Part shown: positions 11,611 through 24,371 of the stretch, one piece after another
How the letters are laid out: every line of letters begins with the position of its first letter
How positions within the stretch are numbered: the stretch's first letter is position 1
Origin: Asterionella formosa
Taxonomy: Eukaryota
NCBI GenBank assembly: GCA_002256025.1
Contig: NKIB01013294.1
Coordinates: 1-60,049 of the forward strand
Direction of reading: 5' to 3'
Length of the DNA stretch: 60,049 bases
Made by a program: the position numbers and the translations under genes
The notes under the pieces: generated by a model
Seen by the model: the letters and a program-made list of their open reading frames with translations, nothing else
Database searches by the model: none
What the model was told of the DNA's origin: nothing

Positions 11611-11712
11611 TCGACAAAAACAAGCAAAATCCACCGCCCCACCTTACATGGGCCATGGAGCGCAACAACAACAAATCTGTAACTAGACTATTCATAATGC
11701 GCTATAAAAATG

Positions 11713-11713
<1 letters not shown>

Positions 11714-11738
<25 letters not shown>
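11714..11738. repeat. (TA)n microsatellite
   Basis: About 12 TA units read directly. Confidence 0.9.
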
Positions 11739-11743
<5 letters not shown>

Positions 11744-13499
11744 ATAGTTTCAACATTGCACCATCGCACCATCGCAACTTCCGGGTTACTATCCCGACTC
11801 TTGTTAATTTTTCTGGTACTAAGAAGCCTACGTTGGCAGTCTGTAGCGCTGCTGTTGAAACCCTCCACATTCACCATGTCCTCTTTGGATGCTGACCCTT
11901 AAACCGGGAAATGTCGAACTTCCAGCTCACGTGGTCTTTAAACGGAATCCAAGAGATCAACTCAATTATCACAAAATCAAAGAAAGGGATACATAAATGC
12001 CTATATCCGATCAGATTGTTCTATTGGTTTTGTGGGATATCAAGAAGTCCTGAATTTAGCGGCAGAAAAAGACCATGAAGAAGGCATTTCACAATACTAC
12101 TACCACCAGCCAACAGAAGTTGCTAACTAGTACGACTACTTGGACATAATTAATGGCAGAGTTCTCCGAAATTGATCATAGCTAGAGGCTTATCTCCAAG
12201 GGAAAACAACCACTTTTTGACAGTATATGCTTGAGGTAGTCCATGACAAGGGAAATTCTTGTTTACTGTGTGATGCTGAATATACAGCATCGGGCATACC
12301 TGACATAATTTATCCAGCGTCAAATGAAATAGAAGCTATTAAATGCGTGTCAAATTTCAATTGAATTCTCAAGCAGGAATACGGCGACTCCACTCGCTCC
12401 CCCAGCCAACAGACACTATGAAACAAGTGCCACTGAACGGGACGCAACATATAGTAGATGAGAGTAGTCGGTCGATTCACTTCTATCACTATTGAAAAAG
12501 CCGGCATATGATTCTCTATTCCAACAGTCAAAAGAGGCAGAATTCACGGTACCAATTGATTGGAAGCAAACAAAACCGAATGCTCCAAAATATGCTGCAA
12601 CAGTGGCCTAGGCAAAACTCATCGTATATTACGATGGGTACAGAGCCATTGACTCTAGTAGGAACTGATGAAGAATGAGAAGGCATATCAAGATTGATAA
12701 ACGAAGTGGCAGAACACCAAACAGCCAATGACAATTAAATGAAAACTGTGAATTGCGAGTGAGGCACCATGCGCAAGAGTATTGATAAGAAAATTGAATA
12801 TCAATTCATGGCGGCAAGCTTCACAGCTTTATCTAATTCCGACCTACACACTCAAGCAAGTGGGACAACCACAACTCTTTCCGAGCTTAGTTCTACTACA
12901 ATTCAAGAGTTGGTGAGACTGGGGGTGGCGGGAAAATCATACAATATATATGGACTGAGTGAACTAAAGTAGTTTCGACAACTTTCATAATTACTTCAGA
13001 AACCCACATAATTTTTGGGGCCAACTCACAGTATTTTCTGGCGAAACGAAGAATTTTTTCAGTAGTAATCTCTATAATATGGTACTTTCTCTACAATTCG
13101 CAACATTTACGTCCACAAATATTCTTCACTCTGGCTACCATTAATTCTGTTAGTTCGCTCCCATTTTATATTTAATTTGATCACATTATTACCTCAAGGT
13201 TAAACAAATATATATATGCTAGTCAAACAAATAATTATGTGTAACCAATCAACGTTTAAATTAAATTCTAGCTACAATCGCAAAATCAATCAAATTAATC
13301 GCTTTGCTATATAGTTTATACTGATACTTTCTATAGAACGTGATTCTCAAACCAATAAAACAAGCAATTGATGTTCATTCTTGCAGCTGGATGCTGTAAC
13401 GATTCGCAAGATTGCCTGGCTACTCATACTTGCAGGAGTCCCTGTTGCTACTATCAGTAGATCAATTCATAGCAATTGAGCCGGCTGCTCATTCTCATT

Positions 13500-14290
13500 A
13501 CTCAGATTGATTGTCTGTTGTAGAAAGAGGTTAACATTTGCAGAGTGTGTTGATGAGAAAACAAAAGTTGGTGCGAAGCCATGATTTCGGTTCTGTTGTG
13601 CTCTTTATCATGTTCCCCAATGTCCAACCCAGCCCTCATCAAATTGATTGTCTGCAATCAGTGAACAACGGTCGCAGAGTGAGTTCATGGACAAATAATT
13701 GTTACAAAGGCATTGTTCTTGTTGTGCTTACCATGCCACCTGATTTGCAACAAATCCCTTGTTGCTCAACAGATTGATTGTTGGTAGACAAAGAACAGCA
13801 TTTGCAGAGTAAGTTCGTGATCATAGCCTTCCTGAGAGCACGACGCATTTCATTATTCCCAAGGCTCAACCCTGCCCTGCCAAAAACAGATTGATTGTCT
13901 GTAGAAAAAGAACAAGGTTCGCAGAGTAAGTTCATGACTGACCACTTTTCCAATTCCAAACGACACAAGTAAGAGGAAGAACGAAATGGAGGTAAAGGAA
14001 CTACAACAGCAATCAAACATAGTTCCGAACACAAGACGAAGAAAAAGAGCGATGGTGCAGAGCAACAGCAAAAAGAACAACAACAATGTGACAAAAGACC
14101 TGTTTCCATTTCCTAAATTATTAACTACTTACCATATATATCTCGAACTTTCAGATGCATCCTTTCTGTGATGACAATGAGAAATAAAAAATGCCTGCCT
14201 GTTTCTTCCTTAGGAGCCGGCCCACAACAGAGTCCTTGTTATCTGGAAGCGAAGAACAAGATTCACAGAGTCAGATGATGGCTGGTTTTT
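13500..14290. repeat. Degenerate repeat array: ~50-bp core CAGATTGATTGTCTG...AAGAACA..TT(C/T)GCAGAGT.AGTT in 5 copies
   Basis: Copies at ~13503, 13640, 13770, 13888 (spacing ~118-137 bp) and a diverged copy at ~14226. Confidence 0.7.
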
Positions 14291-14699
14291 AGCAAACAAG
14301 ACCTTTTTACATTCCATATCAAACAATGCATGTTCAAGTTCAATCGCAGGGCGAGGAACAGCAAGGAAGAGAAGTGTATACAGCCACAGTAACCACAACG
14401 AAAGAACAATAGAATTAGAACAAGAAAAATTACAGCAGAAACAACAGGTACAGCGATAACGACAACGAGAACACAACCATGATAGCAGAAAAGACGACAA
14501 AAACGACAACAATAACAATAATTTCATTTTACCATGAATGTGATATTTTGTTCCTTTCATTCCAGCAGCTGCTTTTCATTAAGAAAAGTGGCGCGGACGG
14601 TCCTCCTTGCCAAAATTCATTTTGTACTAAATTTTTGTACATTGTACTTCAGAAAAAGCTGGCGCAGTCTATGCTTAGTCAGTAGTGATCAAATTCGAC

Positions 14700-17600
14700 A
14701 TCAGGATGCGTAAAATTTTCGGTGCTTGCTGTGGACTGATGACCAGTGCTGTAGCAACCTAAATTCCAATTCATTTTCTTTCTTAACAAATTTGAGCCGA
14801 TTTCTATCTAATATATTATTTGATGTACCCGAAATCAAAGGATTCTTGTCGAATGTCGATATGCTCAGAGCGAAGGTATATTGTCCAAAGGAGGCATCAG
14901 GATGTGTAAATTTTAGGTGTCTGCTGTGGACTGATGACCAGTGCTTTAACAACCAAACTTCCAATCCATCTTTCTCTACCAATTCATAGTCAATTTCTAT
15001 CTAGCATAGTGTTCGATTTGCACGAGATCAATGCCGATATTTCGAATGTCGATATTCTCGCTCAGAACGAACATACATTGATCAAATTGGTCATCAGGAT
15101 GGTGTTTAAATTTTCGATACTTGTGGCTTGATCATTAGTGCAGAAGCAACACAAATTCCAAACAACCCTTCTCAACCAATTTAAGGCCGATTTCTATCTA
15201 GCATAGTATTTGATGTACACGAAATCAATGCAGTCATGTCGAATGTTGATATGATCAGAACGAACATATATTGATCAAAGGAGACATCAGGATGTGTAAA
15301 TTTTCGGTGCTTGCTGTGCAGTGATCATAAGTGCTGTGGCAACAAAAATTCCAAACAGCCTTTCTCAAGCAATTTAAAGCCGACTTTTATCCAACATAGT
15401 ATTCAATGTCCACGAGATCAATGCCATCATGGCGAATTTCGATATTTTCAGAATGAACATATATTGATCAAATTGGTCATCAGGAAGGTTTGTAAAATCT
15501 CGGTGCTTGCTGTGGACTGAACAGCAGTGCTGTCATTGCAAACATTCCAAACCATCTTTCTCCACCAATATAAGGCCGATATATATCCAGCAAAGTAATC
15601 GATTTACACGAGAACAGTGCCGTCATTTCGAATATCGATATTCTCGAAACGAACATATATTGATCAAATTGGTCATCAAGATGTGAAAAAATTCGGTTCT
15701 TTTGGACTGCTGCGCACATGACCAGTATTCCAAACCATCTTTCTCCACCAATTTAAGACCGATATTATCTATCAAGCAAAGTATTCGATGTACACGAGAT
15801 AAATGTCGTCATGGAAAATGTCGATATTCTCAGAATGACTATATATTGATCAATGGAGGCGTCAGGATGAGTAAATTTTCGGATGCTTGTGGATTGATCA
15901 TCAGTGCTGTGGCAACAAGAATTCCAAACCTCCTTTCTCCACCAATTTAAGGCCGATTTCTATCCAGCATAGTATTCGATGTCCACGAGAGCAATACCGT
16001 CATGGCGAATGGCGATATTCTCAGAATGAACATATATTGATCAAATTGGTCATCAGGAAGGTTTGTAAAATCTCGGTGCTTGCTGTTTACTGCTGCAGCG
16101 GAAATGCCAAACCATCTTGCTCAACCATTTTAAGGCTGATTTCTATCCAGCCTAGTATTCGATGTCCACGAGATCAATTCCTTCATCGTCAATGTCGATT
16201 TTTTCAGAACGAATATATATCGATCAATGGAGGCATGAGGATGTGTAAATTTTCGGATCATGCTTGTGGACTGATCATCAGAGCTGTGGCATCAAAAATT
16301 CCAAACCATCTATCTCCACCAATTTAAGGCCGATTTCTATCCAGAAAAGTATTCAATTTACACGAGCTCAGTGCCGTCATTTAGAATATCGATATTCTCA
16401 GAACGAACATATATTGATCAAATTGGTCATAAGGATGTGTAAAATTTCAGTTCTTGTTGGCTGCTGCATGACCAGTATTCCAAACCATCTATCTTCACCA
16501 ATTTAACGCTGATTTCTATCAAGCAAAGTACTCGATGTACACGAGATCAAAGACTTCATGGACAATGTAGATATTCTCAGAACGAACATATATTGATTAA
16601 ATTGGTCATCAGGATGTGAAATAAATTTTCGTTGCTTGTGGACTGATCAAAAGTACTCTGGCAACAAAACTTCAATACCTCCTTTCTCCACCAATTGAAA
16701 GCCGACTTTTATCCAACATAGTATTTGATGTGCATGAGACCAATGCTGTCATTTCGAACGTCGATATTCTCAGAACGAACATATATTGATCAAAGGAGAC
16801 GTCAGGATGTGTAAATTTGCTGTGCTTGTGAAATGATCATAAGTACTGTGGCAACAAAACTTCAATACCTCCTTTCTCCACCAATTTAAAGCCGACTTTT
16901 ATCCAACATAGTATTTGATGTACATGAGATCAATGCTGTAATTTTGAACGTCGATATTCTCATAAAGAACATATATTGATCAAAGGAGACGTCAGGATGT
17001 GTAAATTTGCTATGCTTGTGGACTGATCATCAGTGCTGTGGCAACAAAAATTCCAAACCATCTTTCTCCACCAATTTAAGGCTGATTTCTATCCAGCATA
17101 GTATTCGATGTACACGAGATCACCGCCGTCATGTCGAATATCGATATTCTCAAAACGAACATATATTGATCAAATTGGTTATCAGGATGGTGTGTAAAAT
17201 TTCTGTGCTTGCTGTGGACTGCTGCATGACCAGTGCCATTGCAACAAAAATTCCAAACCATTTTGCTCCACCATTTTAAGGCTGATTTCTATCCAGCATA
17301 GAATTCGATGTCCACGAGATCAATGTCGTCATGGCCAATGTCGATATTCTGAGAACGGACATATACTGATCAAAGGAGGTATCCGGATGTGTAAATTTTT
17401 GGATGCTTGTGGACTGATCATCAGTGCTGTGGCAACAAAAATTTCAAACCATCTTTCTCCACCAATTTAAGGCCGATTTATATCCAGCATATTATTCGAT
17501 GTACACGGGATCAATGCCGTCATGGCGAATGTTGATTTTCTGAGAACGAACATAAAAGGAGGTATCAGGATGTGTAAATTTTGTAAATTTTCGGTGATGG

Positions 17601-17782
17601 TGGACTGAAATGATCAATGCTGTAGAAACGAAAATTCAAAACCATTTTCCTCCACCAAGCAATTTAAGGCCGATTTCTATCCAGCATAGTATTCGATGTG
17701 CAAAAGATCAATGCTGTCAAGGTGAATGTCGATATACTCATAATGAACATATAATGATCAGAGGAGGCATCAGGATGTGTAG
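14700..17782. repeat. Tandem array 1: 16 units, mean ~192 bp (179-205)
   Basis: CAGGATG-type anchors at 14702, 14898, 15095, 15288, 15481, 15677, 15863, 16054, 16237, 16431, 16610, 16803, 16993, 17183, 17383, 17566, 17771. Confidence 0.95.
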
Positions 17783-18039
17783 ATGGCAATTGTGGCACTT
17801 CTCATTTTTGATTTACTACCATTGGATGTGCTAGTATGTCGTGATGATAGTTAGTACATCAGCAGGGGCGCACCAAAACTCAAAGCTATTATTTTCTACC
17901 AAATTGCATCCATCTACTTAAGTGCTAAGAGTTTTATTGGTCAAATCAGACATCAGCAAATACTTTTCGAGTGGATTGACTGGTGGTGTACAGAAAAAGT
18001 GCGAAATATTGCGAACAATACAGGTTAGCTATGGAGTGT

Positions 18040-19165
18040 TTGAATTCAATGAAGTTGATAGTCCTCATCTCCTTAGCCCTTGACTTTCCAACCAATTTGT
18101 TATTGCTACAGTTATCAATATAGATGTAATCTAGCCGATCGGAAAAGGAGAAGGCCATTGAGGCACATCTCAATTTTGACTCGCTATTGCAACATACAAT
18201 GAATGTTAAAAAATGCAACAGCTGTTTCTTAACAAATTTACAAATTAAATTGTTGTCAGCTACTCATCCTTTACTTCTTTTCTATATTGTGTTTGCTAAA
18301 GTTATCGATTCAGACTATTGCTATCTGCTCCAAACCGGAGAAGGACATTTCGGCACATCTCAATTTCGACTCACTACAGTGACATACATTGAATGTTAAA
18401 ATATGCAACAGCTATTCCTAAACGAATTAACGAATAAACGAAATCAATCGATGACAGCTGCTCATCCTTTCCTTCTTTTTCTATATTGTACTTGCTAGAG
18501 TTATCGCTGTAGACTATTTGTAGCCGCTCCGAAAAGGAGAAGGCCATTGCGGCACATCTCAATTTAGACTCACTACGGGAGTGACATGCAATCTTAAAAC
18601 ATAAAACAACTGTTTCTAAAAATATTTTCGAATTCAATCGTTGACAGCTGCTCCTCCTCTGATTCTTTTTCTATATTTTACTTGCTAGAGTTATCGCTGT
18701 GGACTATTTGTAGCCGCTCCGAGAAGGAGACGGCCATTGCGGCACATCTCAATTTCGACTCACCACGGCGACATGCATTGAATATAAAAGATATGCAACA
18801 GCTATTTCTTAACGAATTTAAAAATTCAAGTCTTGTCAGCTACTCATCTTTTTTTCCTTATTTTTCTATATGGTCCTTGTTAGAGTTATCGCTTTAGACT
18901 ATTTGTAGCTGCTCCGACTCAGAGAAGGCCATTGCGGCACATCTCAATTTTGACTCAATATGGCGAGCGACATGCAAGCTTAAAATATGCAACAGTTGTT
19001 TCTAAACGAATTTACGAATTCAATTGTTGTCAGCTACTCATCCTTTCCTTCTTTTTCTATATTGTACTTGCTAGAGTTATCGCTGTAGACTATCTGTAGC
19101 TGCTCCGAAACGGAGAAAGCCATTGTGGCACATCTCAATTTCGATTCACTACGGAGACATGCAAT
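18040..19165. repeat. Tandem array 2: ~6 units, mean ~193 bp
   Basis: GCACATCTCAATTT anchor at 18163, 18353, 18552, 18742, 18937, 19128. Confidence 0.95.
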
Positions 19166-19564
19166 GCTCAACGATGCTCAACAAGGACCAACGGTGCTTT
19201 ATTTCTAATCTGGCAGGCTATTGTAATCTCGACAATCAACAATGACTAAACAATGTGTCTACAACATCAACTTCTACTACGTGTGCTGAATTCTACTGTG
19301 TGAATCTTCCTCTTGCATGTGTTGTTATTTGCCAGTTGAGATCAAAGCAGAAAAAATAAAAAGTGAATCGGAATTGGCGACACTTTCGTTAATTATATGG
19401 TGAAAGCAGCATAACATTGTAGCGGAGCAGCATAATTTCACTTTTATACTGTCGTGATGGCTAGTTGGTCAACATATATTGTCACGAACACACATAATTA
19501 TTGGTGTGATGACATAATTATTCGATAAGTGAAATAAATTTTTGTTTAACCCGAATAAATTAGG

Positions 19565-19643
19565 GAAAAAGTAACATAATATTTCAAAAAAGTAACATAA
19601 TATTTTAGAAAAGTAACATAAATTTTTTAAAAAGTAGCATAAA
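19565..19643. repeat. 21-bp minisatellite x4 (AAAAAGTAACATAATATTTTA-like)
   Basis: Four consecutive AAAAGTA(A/G)CATAA units. Confidence 0.85.
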
Positions 19644-20114
19644 TACGTCACTTTAGACATAAATTTGAAAAAGTGCCGTAAACGGCGTCTTAGATGTATT
19701 CTTCGGCAACAAGGTAAATCGCACAGCAGGGGAAATAACACGACACCACAGCTCACTACAACAGGTGATACAAAATCCAGATCAACGTTCAGATTTCGAA
19801 ATACCTCAAGAAGAAGCAGAAAATCGAGAAAACAGACGATCATCCCGAAACCCAGAAAAAATGATAGAAACAAACCCGTCAAATTTGTTGTTATCATCGG
19901 ATTCAGAAGGATAAGAAGACAGACAGACAACGCCAAAGTATGATTCAGAGTCCAGCTGGAGGAGAAGATTGGGCCCGAGAGATTGGATTTTTAACATCAA
20001 CTAGAGAGCCAACAGCAGGGCAAAAAAGGAAATCAATAAACAAAAGGAAGCAACAAGGAAAAATATTCAAATAAAATTAACTCAAACAGGCAGACAGGCG
20101 GACATTTCTCCAGA

Positions 20115-20935
20115 AACATGGGGAGAAGAAATGACATCGGTCAATGACAACAATAAATTCAGAGTATATTTGAAAACAGAAAAGGGGCTACACTGCCTGT
20201 CACTGGACGTCTAATGAAAGCCTCTCAAGTAATCCTGTCTCAGTGGAGTGAAACAAACACTTATTGGTTGAACCCAGTCACAAAGGAAGAATTTCGAGAG
20301 AGAACAATACAAGCGGCGATGCAAATGGCGAAATAGTAGCATTCTACCATTGAGCTACCATCAAGCCCCGGATATAAACCAGGAGGAACGGCAATTGGGA
20401 TGACTAGAAAATGGTGTGGCAGGGCAGGACAGGGCTCAGGAGAGGACCCTTCAGGTATGGTACATTGGAGGCGTTATATGACCCTAAAGTGAAAAAAACA
20501 CAGTCACAATCACCATCGTCACAGCATATTTATCGAGTGTCAACATGGGGATGGGACAATGTATCACCAATAACATATGAAATGTCGAAAAAGGGGCTTA
20601 AAAATCCAAACCCAAGGCGACAATCTGTAACAGACATAATCATTTTCATCAACAAATAGGAGAGGAAGGGAAGGGAAATCTTATTAATGATGGATGTCAA
20701 CGAGTAAATAGGCACCTTTTCCGAGGGAGTCATAGCACTGCTAAACAAACGCTCCTTTACAGACTCTTTACAACATAGTCATCCTGACCTACAAAGCCCG
20801 GAAACCTACAGCAGGGTACAAAAACAATAGATTATATCTTGGGAACTTCACATTGCAAAGAAGCAGTGGAAAGGCGCGGGATACTTACATTCTATTATCC
20901 TGTTCAAGCCAACCATCGAGCAATATATTTATGTA
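20115..20935 (+). mobile_element. Non-LTR retrotransposon remnant: AP-endonuclease domain
   Basis: Across frameshifts: WGEEM...FRVY, YKPGGTAIG...W.GR, NPNPRRQ..TD..IFI, EILLMMDVNE, PETYSR...TIDYILG, ANHRAIY (SDHR-like). Confidence 0.75.
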
Positions 20936-20949
20936 TAATAGTTGCTAAA

Positions 20950-21720
20950 AATATATTAGCACGCGTTATAGAGCCTTGACTATTGTGGAGTTTGTTGGGT
21001 GGCACTGTGGCCCAGACGGCCAGGTTTGTGGATGTAGGACATTGGAGCTTGGAAAGGAGCCCATGTGGCTCTGAGAGGAGGATGGAGGAGATTTTTGTAA
21101 CAAGGCTGCTGTAAATAGTTGTGAGTCAGACAAGGAGCCCATGTGACTCTTAGATCATTCTAGATATAAGTGAGATAGCACCTAGTAATGAGTGAGGGAG
21201 AAAATAAGTACAGCAGTAGTTATAGAACGGACAACAGAAGCTGACACACAGCTTTGAAGCAGGGTTGGAGAAAACTTGAAGAGAGATTTGATGCGTGGTA
21301 TCAGAAGGAAGAGAGAGAGAGAGATGGAAGAATAGCGTGCAAGCTGTGGATGATGACATGCATTGATAAGAAGGTATCAATATTCAGATGAATAAAAAGC
21401 TGCAGTAAAACTGGATTGAAAGCGAAAGGAACAAAGTGATAATCCTGCTGCCTTTGGTGCCTGATGGCAGAGGGTATGGGTGGCAGAAATAGAAAGCAGT
21501 TTCTTGGGATTTCCGGAGGATCTAGGGATCTTCCAGGTGAATATGAGAGATTTGGAAGTGGTTAAGAGAGATAGGAAGGACGTGGAAAGAGGAATAAGTA
21601 TTTGCTTGAAGGAAATGCTGTGAGAGGTTTGCAAAATAGGCGAAATTCGTTTTCTCAGGATGGAACGGGCGTATTTAAATGATTTTTGCTGGGGAGTGAA
21701 TGGCAAGTCTAATAGAGCAA
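20950..21720 (-). mobile_element. Non-LTR retrotransposon remnant: endonuclease-RT linker and start of RT, opposite orientation
   Basis: KSFKYARSILRK...ILIP...W...H..QA followed by SSSQSHMGS, resembling the TSPSGRHLGHY motif ahead of LINE RT. Confidence 0.5.
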
Positions 21721-24371
21721 GTTGAGCGTGAATGAGAGTGAGGTTTTGCACAAAAGTTTCCAAAAATGCATAAATCATCAGTCAGGGGAATTCCATGACT
21801 TTTCACAAATGCGAATTTTCTAGTCGCATAAAAACAATCAGCATATTGTTGCATCTCTATATGTATTTCTACATTAAAAGACAAAATGATCGAATCAAGA
21901 ATCCATAGATATAGGAACCACAACAATTATTGTGTACATGAAACTCAGTACAAAATTATACACTGGGGTATTTTCTTGCATTTTGAGATGTTGCACCCTC
22001 TCTGAGATATCTATTGCTCAGGTTTTCTCACCTATTTTTACAGCAGTCTATTTGGACAGCAGAAGATAGAAATAATTATCTAATAGAAGTTATCAAGCTA
22101 GTCACCACGGAATATTGACTGAACAATATCTAGTTTTTGTTTGTATTCTCAAAATTGAGAAAACAAAGATAAAAACAAATTCTAACGGCTATTTTAAATT
22201 TCGTTGTCAATATTGGTGCAGAATATTTTCTTATTGAACGATTACCTCATCTATGTCAGGCTAGATTTATGTGTGAAATAGGAATGGTTTATTGAACATT
22301 TTCGTGGAGATATTCAGTCTCATAATTTCTTCGTGGTCAAGACGGAGTTGCTGTCTCATTGGTGTGGTTCATATTTCTATGGAATTATGGAGTAGGTCAT
22401 TTTAGAGTTTAATATAGACATACATGCTGACATCCAACGATACACTTCTTGTTCTATATGCGACGAGAAACCTCATATCGCGGAAATAATCATGAATTCC
22501 CTGGACTAACTCATTGTGCATATTGAAACACTTTTGTGCAAATAGGCAATTAACTTCCATTCATGGGATCCAAATGGCAGATGAATCAAAAAAGATATTA
22601 ATTCATTGAGTCGAAATTGTTGACCCTGACTCTGTAGGTTGCGGCGCGTCCTTGGAAAAACTGTTGACTTGTTGTTTGGCTGCTTACAGTGACACAACTA
22701 TGGCGTGAAGATTAATTGCATGTAATGTTCCCTTTTCCTCTCGTTTCAATGCTTTTTTTCACTGGTTATATGCATGCACTTGTATATACAATATGGAAAT
22801 GATCAGTGGACTGCCATTATTGTAGAACCCATTGAATTCTTGTCACATGAGTACCCACATGGAACAATATGGTCATGCATGCACCTGTATATACAATATA
22901 GCAAGGATCAGCGGACTGCGATTATAATTTTCTCTCCATTACCATAAGTTACCAATGGACTTACTGATTGCTTAAATGAAGCAGCATGACAACCACAACA
23001 TTGGCATTGACAAGCGCATAAAGACGTGATTACTGACAACTTACATGAACAAATGCTACTCTTCCATGGCATGTGAACCCAACAAAATCTTCCCTCAAGT
23101 GGCACAGTGGTAGACTTCTAGAGAGTGAAGTGTTCTGCAAAACTTTGTCTTCATTGCTGAGACTAGTTCGCCCACTTCTGTATTTACCAATAACAGTAAT
23201 GTCGCTTATGTCCTGGAAAACATTGTCACAAAGCGATTTTTGGGAGGTGTCCTCAGCAAGGAGGCAACGACAAGGAGCAGGTAATGATGAAATGAATGAA
23301 GTGTTCTAATCAATCATTGATTTGATTTTTTTTGAGAGGAAAAGTGTGAAATTAAGAAAACGGTCCTATGGCAAGACCCATTGAAGCAAATGGCACAATA
23401 AGTAAAACAGATTGGTATCAATATATTCGGCTAAACAGATTAAAACTAAAATAACTCGGAACAATAAATGAATATCAAAGAGATACACATGTATCATTTT
23501 TAAGTTGGAATCGCTATTACCGGCACAACAGTGTACTACGTAGCAATTGATAAAAGCAAAATTACCACAACTTGCAGCAAGTTGCGGTCATTTTTCCGCA
23601 AACTGAAAATGTTGCACGAGACAGGTTAGACAGTCTAATTCTAATCCTATGGTGAAATCACATTGACATAAGAAACATCAAATGGTTTGGCGCTGGCCCA
23701 ATTAATTTTCATTTTAGCAAATTTACCGCAACTTGCAGAGCACAAAGACGATATTATATATCAAGTCACCAAAAAATATTTGATATATAGTAATTTTGGA
23801 ACATAATATTACTTTGGTATTTCAGAGCATGCCATTGTGTATGCATATATTAATTGTAGCAAAGCGCATGCCGAACATAATCATTAGCACTAATACTATT
23901 GCGCATGGTGTATTAGCATATCGACCTCCTATATAAACCATATTTGTGACAAACACATTACCATCAGTTACTTTCATCTCTTTTTCATCTCTTTGACATT
24001 TTTTATCGCATTTTTGGTCAAGCAAGGCAGTACAGAAAGTTTTCAACTGTTGTTGCAGTTCCTATTGGCATTATAGGCTACATGATCAATCAGCAATTCA
24101 ATTTGCTCAACACCTTACTTAATTGTATTTTTAATTTAGCTAGATGCTCAGTAAGAAATTTAGCAAAGTGCACATGCTCGCTGAAGCCTTAAATTCTAAA
24201 TGTCCAATAGAATCTGTACAGATTAGTCTTGAATTGTCAGCAGAGGGATATTTCTAGGTATTCATACAGGTATTTGGGTTCAACCATGTTATCAACCATG
24301 TTGACCCTAAGTGACTGATCTTGTTATTCATGTTCATTGATCCCGGATTAATACGACTACAAGCAGTATAT

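Larger units (their letters stand above)
8609..11700 (+). mobile_element. Degenerate Kolobok-like DNA transposon (left end plus two decayed ORFs; right end not found)
   Basis: TTAA (8605-8608) followed by GGTTCCTGCATGTGAACCCCTA, matching the MITE termini at 3621/3904; contains a KolX-like and a DDE transposase pseudogene. Confidence 0.65.

Noticed and set aside
11885..11902. CCCTTAA as right end of the Kolobok-like element
   Set aside because: Matches the TIR only over TTAAGG; insufficient.
13500..13950. CRISPR-like repeat-spacer appearance
   Set aside because: Repeats are long and degenerate, spacers resemble each other, there are no cas genes and the context is eukaryotic.
14701..19165. 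Many 60-146 aa ORFs inside the arrays as current genes
   Set aside because: Unit lengths are mostly not multiples of 3, and stops and frameshifts recur; they are array by-products.
19469..19943. Overlapping ORFs with LCYF repeats
   Set aside because: Derived from the 21-bp minisatellite and low-complexity LINE-flanking DNA.
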